This document shows positions 59,313 through 64,000 of a DNA stretch of 64,000 nt, one piece after another. The DNA is from an uncultured delta proteobacterium. GTDB taxonomy: Bacteria; Desulfobacterota; Syntrophia; Syntrophales; UBA2185. Under the pieces are notes generated by a model, which was given only the letters and a program-made list of their open reading frames with translations, did not search any database and was not told the DNA's origin. A program made the translations under genes and the position numbers. The DNA lies in NCBI GenBank assembly GCA_963729715.1, contig CAVSPA010000003.1:96001-160000 (forward strand), given 5' to 3'. Numbering within the stretch: position 1 is the stretch's first letter; each line of letters begins with the position of its first letter.

Positions 59313-60868
59313 TGTTTGAAATACTTCGTGAGGACATCAATATGTTTGTCGCTGCAGAAAGACCTTTGTTGTGCAAATGTGCGAAAGCCGTTTGGCGTTC
59401 TGTGACAGCAGTCTTGGCGATGAGCATCTGCGTCTTCTTGGGGTGCGCCGTGGGGCCAGACTTTCAGACGCCGAAGGCCCCGTCCACAAAAGCATATACT
59501 GCGGAGGCGCTGCCGGCGAAGACGGATGCGGCACCCGGAACTGCGGGAGCGTCACAGCGTTTTGCCTCGGGGAAAGATATTCCTCAAGAATGGTGGACTC
59601 TCCTGCAGTCGGCGGAATTGGATCAATTGATCCGGCAGGCGTTGGCAGAAAGCCCGACAATCGCGGCAGCTAAAGCAAGGCTGCGGGAGGCGGATGAAAA
59701 CAGGCGGGCCCAATACGGATCCCTCTTCCCTGCCGTGGACGCCAACATCTCCGCTTCGCGTCAGAAGATCTCCGGCACCGGTTTTGGCCAGCCGGACACG
59801 GACATAAGCGTCTTCAACCTGTACAACGCCTCCGTGAATGTTTCGTATTCAGCCGATCTTTTCAGCGGCACCCGGCGTAAGCTCGAGGCACTTCAATCGC
59901 AGATAGACTACCAGCGGTTTCAGCTGGAGGGCGTGTATCTTACGCTTACAGCCAATATTGTCACTACGGCCGTGAAAGACGCGTCACTGCGCGCCCAGAT
60001 AGGGGCGATGCGTGAAATCATAGAGGCGCAGGAAAAGCAGCTGGACGTAGTGGAAGAGCAGCTCCAACTTGGGGGGGCGTCGCGTTCCGACGTGCTCGCC
60101 CAGCGCGCGCAACTCGCACAGACGGAGGCCTTACTGCCGCCGCTGGAAAAGCAGCTTGCCCAGACCCGCCACCAACTTGCGGTGCTTGCAGGAAGGCTGC
60201 CCTCCGAAGCGGCGCTGCCTGAATTCGATTTGAACGATTTCCAACTGCCTGAGGAGCTGCCGGTAAGCCTGCCGTCATTGCTTCTGCGCCAGCGGCCTGA
60301 CATAAGAGCTGCGGAAGAGACCCTCCACGCGGCGAGCGCGCAGGTTGGCGTGGCCACGGCAAACCTGTACCCGCAGATCACACTGACGGGCAGTTTCGGC
60401 CTGGAGGCCAGTACAGTCGGCGATCTTTTCAACAGCAGCGCGGCCATATGGAGTCTCAGCGCCGGTTTGCTGCAGCCCATATTCCACGGCGGCGCACTGA
60501 CCGCACAGCGGCGCGCCGCGATCGCCGTTTACGATCAGGCTGCGGCGCAGTATCGCGATACGGTCTTGCAGGCCTTTCAGGGTGTGGCTGACGTGCTCCG
60601 CGCCCTCGCGGATGATGCGAGGACGCTGAAGGCGCAGGCAGAAGCCGAAGCGGCCGCCAGCGACACTCTTGATCTCACGGAGAAACAGTTTCAGCTCGGT
60701 GCAGTAAGCTATCTGTCGCTGCTCAATGCGGAACGCCAGCATGAACAGGCGCGACTGGCTCTGGTTCAGGCGCAGGCCGCGCGCTTTGCGGATACTGCGG
60801 CGTTATATCAGGCGCTCGGCGGCGGCTGGTGGAACCGCAGTCCTCAAGCGGAGGCGGCTGCACGGTGA
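59312..60868 (+). CDS. RND efflux outer-membrane lipoprotein (NodT/OprM family); true start may be slightly downstream
   Basis: LGCAVGPDF, WW, RPDIRAAE, LYQALGGGW. Confidence 0.93.
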   Translation: MFEILREDINMFVAAERPLLCKCAKAVWRSVTAVLAMSICVFLGCAVGPDFQTPKAPSTKAYTAEALPAKTDAAPGTAGASQRFASGKDIPQEWWTLLQSAELDQLIRQALAESPTIAAAKARLREADENRRAQYGSLFPAVDANISASRQKISGTGFGQPDTDISVFNLYNASVNVSYSADLFSGTRRKLEALQSQIDYQRFQLEGVYLTLTANIVTTAVKDASLRAQIGAMREIIEAQEKQLDVVEEQLQLGGASRSDVLAQRAQLAQTEALLPPLEKQLAQTRHQLAVLAGRLPSEAALPEFDLNDFQLPEELPVSLPSLLLRQRPDIRAAEETLHAASAQVGVATANLYPQITLTGSFGLEASTVGDLFNSSAAIWSLSAGLLQPIFHGGALTAQRRAAIAVYDQAAAQYRDTVLQAFQGVADVLRALADDARTLKAQAEAEAAASDTLDLTEKQFQLGAVSYLSLLNAERQHEQARLALVQAQAARFADTAALYQALGGGWWNRSPQAEAAAR

Positions 60869-61004
60869 GCTTAAATATATATTGAATCGAGAAAACGGCT
60901 TATTCACGGGCGCGATGTGCAGCGGAAAAATGTACTCGAGGTGTGTCCGAGTCCATGCAGTTTATAACAGCAGCGACATATATGTGTAGAGGAAGGAGCT
61001 TCTG

Positions 61005-62135
61005 ATGGGAAGGCGAATGTTAATCATGCTGGCGGTGGTCGGCCTGCTGTTTGGCGGCATTTTCGGGTATCATGTCTTCAAGGCGCATATGCTCAAGAAA
61101 TCCCTGGCCGGTATGCAGATGCCGCCCGCTACGGTAACCGCGATAAAAGCAGAACTGCATGGCTGGCAGCCGCAGCTCAAAGCCGTCGGCTCGCTCCGTG
61201 CCGTGCGGGGAGTCGACGTAACCAGCGAAATTTCAGGACTCGTACGGACCCTGCACTTCAAGTCGGGAGACGACGTCAAGGCTGGAAAAGTGCTGGTGCA
61301 GCTCAACGCCGACTCCGACATTGCCCAACTGCGGTCTCTTCAGGCCGCTGCCGAATTGGCGGGTACGGTTTACATGCGCGACCGGAAGCAATTTGACGCG
61401 CAGGCCATAAGTCAGGCCGCCCTCGACGCGGACATCGCCGATCTTAAGAGCAAGCGCGCCCAGGTTGCGCAGCAGGTGGCCCTCGTGGATAAGAAGACCA
61501 TTCGCGCCCCGTTCGCCGGGCGGCTCGGCATCAGCACCGTAAATCCCGGCCAGTATATAAATCCCGGGGACAAGATTGTCACGCTGCAATCGCTCGACTC
61601 GACCTACTGCGACTTTTTACTGCCGCAGCAGGAACTTTCACGGGTATCGCTCGGACAGAAGGTCATCGTCACTTCCGACACATATCCGGGCCGCAGGTTC
61701 GATGGCCGTATAACCGCTATCAACCCCCAGGTGGATGCGGCCACACGGAATTTCCAAGCGGAGGCGACCCTTGCCAATCCGAAGCACGAGCTGCTGCCGG
61801 GGATGTATGCATCGGTCGAGGTTCAGGCGGGCGCTGTGGAGCGCCACCTGACGCTGCCGCAGACGGCAGTGACCTACAACCCCTATGGCGATACCGTGTT
61901 TATCGTGGAGGAGAGCGGGAAGGGGCCGGACGGTAAACCTCTTCTCACGGCGAGGCAGACTTTCGTAACAGTTGGGAGCACCCGCGGCGACCAGGTTGCA
62001 GTCGCTCAAGGGATCAAGGAAGGCGACGTGGTAGTTACGAGCGGGCAGATCAAACTCAAGAACGGGAGCCAGGTGATCATCAATAACCAGGTGCAGCCCG
62101 CCAATGAAGCCGCCCCCCAGCCGGTGGACGAGTAG
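61005..62135 (+). CDS. RND efflux membrane fusion protein
   Basis: N-terminal TM, IRAPFAG, LLPGMY, G..EGD.VV.SG. Confidence 0.94.
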   Translation: MGRRMLIMLAVVGLLFGGIFGYHVFKAHMLKKSLAGMQMPPATVTAIKAELHGWQPQLKAVGSLRAVRGVDVTSEISGLVRTLHFKSGDDVKAGKVLVQLNADSDIAQLRSLQAAAELAGTVYMRDRKQFDAQAISQAALDADIADLKSKRAQVAQQVALVDKKTIRAPFAGRLGISTVNPGQYINPGDKIVTLQSLDSTYCDFLLPQQELSRVSLGQKVIVTSDTYPGRRFDGRITAINPQVDAATRNFQAEATLANPKHELLPGMYASVEVQAGAVERHLTLPQTAVTYNPYGDTVFIVEESGKGPDGKPLLTARQTFVTVGSTRGDQVAVAQGIKEGDVVVTSGQIKLKNGSQVIINNQVQPANEAAPQPVDE

Positions 62136-62151
62136 CACAAAGGGCAGACAC

Positions 62152-64000
62152 ATGCACTTCACGGATATCTTCATTCGCCGCCCCGTCCTTGCCACCGTGG
62201 TCAGCCTGCTGATCCTCGTTCTGGGACTGCGTTCTGTGGGGCTCTTGCAGGTGCGCCAGTATCCCTTCACCCAAAACGCCGTGGTGACCGTCGCAACCGT
62301 CTATACGGGCGCCGCCCCGGCGCTGGTTGCTGGTTTTATAACTACTCCGCTTGAAAACTCGATCGCTCAAGCGAACGGAATAGACTATCTTACTTCGGCG
62401 AGCACGCAGAGTCTCAGCACCATCCAGGCCAACCTGCGCTTGAACTATGATCCGAACAAGGCTTTGACCGAGATCAACACCAAGGTTAACGCCGTGCTGA
62501 ACCAGATCCCGAAAGATTCACAACTGCCGGTGATAACCGTCGCCATCGGCGAGACAATCGATTCGATGTACATCGGGTTCTACAGCAAGGTGTTGCCCAC
62601 GAATAAGATCACGGATTATCTGCTACGTGTGGTACAGCCAAAGCTGCAGGCAGTCGAAGGTGTACAGACGGCGGAGGTTCTCGGCAAACGCACGTTTGCC
62701 CTACGTGCATGGCTGGACCCGGGAAAAATGTCAGCATACGGCCTGACGGCCACGGATGTCAGCAATGCGCTCGCCAACAATGACTTCATCTCGGCGGTCG
62801 GGCGGACCCAGGGGCAGATGGTTACAGTGAATCTCATCGCCTATACGGGTCTGCATTCGGTTGAGGAGTTCCGCAACTTGATTCTAAAGTCGCAGAACGG
62901 GGCGATCATACGTCTCGGCGATGTCGCCAAGATTACGCTTGGCTCGGAAGATTATGACACGGCGGTCGCCTTCGACGGGGAGAGCGCCGTTTACATCGGC
63001 ATCAAAGTGGCGCCGACTGCCAACCTGCTTACGGTAATTGACAGTGTGCGCAAGGCGTTCCCCCCTATCGAAGAGCAATTGCCGGAAGGGCTGCAAGGGA
63101 AAATTGTTTATGACGCCACCAAGTATGTAAACAGTTCCATCAAAGAGGTGATAAGCACGCTGATCAAGGCCCTGGTGATCGTGACGGCGGTGATCTTCCT
63201 TTTTCTGTGCTCGATACGATCGGTGATAATACCTACCGTCGCCATGCCGCTGTCGCTTGTCGGGGCGTTTTTCATCATGCTTGTCCTGGGCTATACGATC
63301 AACCTTTTGACGCTGCTGTCACTGGTGCTGGCGATCGGTCTGGTCGTTGATGACGCCATAATAGTCGTGGAAAATGCACAACGACATATAGAGGGTGGTA
63401 TGCCGCCCATGCAGGCGTCGATCGAGGGTGCGCGAGAACTGGCGGCGCCTATCATTGCGATATCGGTGGTTCTGGTAGCGGTATATGTACCGATAGGTTT
63501 CATGGGTGGCCTGACGGGCGCCCTTTTTACCGAGTTCGCCTACACTCTCGCGGGAACGGTGGGCGTATCGGCGATCATTGCACTCACCCTTTCGCCCATG
63601 ATGTGCTCGCGCCTTCTCAAATCAGCGGAAGACTGCGGCCGGCACCGCCTCCTGGGTTTTATCGACAATCAGTTCAGGCGAATTCGCAACGGCTATGAAG
63701 TGCTTCTTCGCGGCGCGCTGCATTACCGGTTGGTGACCGCTGTATTTGCCGTAATCATCCTCTGCAGCAATTACTTCCTGTTCGTGAGCTCGAAGAGTGA
63801 ACTCGCGCCTCTCGAGGATCAGGGGATTGTCATTGCTTTAATTACCGCAGCCCCCAACGCCTCCTTGGAGCAAACGCAATTGTATTCTCGGCAGTTGTAC
63901 AAGATAGTCAGCAGTTACCCGGAGACGGACCATGTGTTTCAGCTCGACGGCATCAGCGGGCTGAACACGGGCATTGCGGGTATGGTATTTAAACCATGGG
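62152..64000 (+). CDS. RND efflux permease (AcrB/MexW-like), truncated by window end
   Basis: MHFTDIFIRRPVLATVVSLLIL, LAIGLVVDDAIIVVEN, ALTLSPMMC. Confidence 0.94.
   Translation, partial: MHFTDIFIRRPVLATVVSLLILVLGLRSVGLLQVRQYPFTQNAVVTVATVYTGAAPALVAGFITTPLENSIAQANGIDYLTSASTQSLSTIQANLRLNYDPNKALTEINTKVNAVLNQIPKDSQLPVITVAIGETIDSMYIGFYSKVLPTNKITDYLLRVVQPKLQAVEGVQTAEVLGKRTFALRAWLDPGKMSAYGLTATDVSNALANNDFISAVGRTQGQMVTVNLIAYTGLHSVEEFRNLILKSQNGAIIRLGDVAKITLGSEDYDTAVAFDGESAVYIGIKVAPTANLLTVIDSVRKAFPPIEEQLPEGLQGKIVYDATKYVNSSIKEVISTLIKALVIVTAVIFLFLCSIRSVIIPTVAMPLSLVGAFFIMLVLGYTINLLTLLSLVLAIGLVVDDAIIVVENAQRHIEGGMPPMQASIEGARELAAPIIAISVVLVAVYVPIGFMGGLTGALFTEFAYTLAGTVGVSAIIALTLSPMMCSRLLKSAEDCGRHRLLGFIDNQFRRIRNGYEVLLRGALHYRLVTAVFAVIILCSNYFLFVSSKSELAPLEDQGIVIALITAAPNASLEQTQLYSRQLYKIVSSYPETDHVFQLDGISGLNTGIAGMVFKPW

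Overview
A 64-kb chromosomal window, probably from an anaerobic Gram-negative bacterium of the Desulfobacterota/Syntrophorhabdus type (inferred from gene content, not proven). Left end: a minus-strand metal (Zn/Mn/Ni-type) uptake operon (outer-membrane protein, binding protein, ATPase, permease) headed by a small His/CxxC/RAPP upstream ORF resembling DUF2946 metal-sensing arrest peptides. Next is an intact IS110-family element whose left non-coding end looks like a bridge RNA, with two segments matching the two putative element junctions. The middle is a stress/dormancy-like region: SRAP plus LexA-like repressor with a GAAC-N4-GTTC box, PncA, AmrS, Usp, bacterioferritin, KorAB, WrbA, two PAS histidine kinases, five Rcp-type single-domain response regulators, a REC-PAS-LuxR regulator, DegP, Pal, GlgP, GlgA-like, EndoQ and PRTase. 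Seven copies of one ~46-bp operator/promoter motif lie upstream of genes in this region, suggesting an undescribed regulon. Further right: an atypical CysRS paralogue with altered Zn ligands and apparently no anticodon domain, nifU-nifS-cysE, MgtA, an MFS transporter, an M16 peptidase, an IS200/IS605-derived miniature hairpin element, and a TetR-controlled RND efflux operon cut by the window edge. Several genes are frameshifted, interrupted or truncated. No rRNA, tRNA or CRISPR array was seen.
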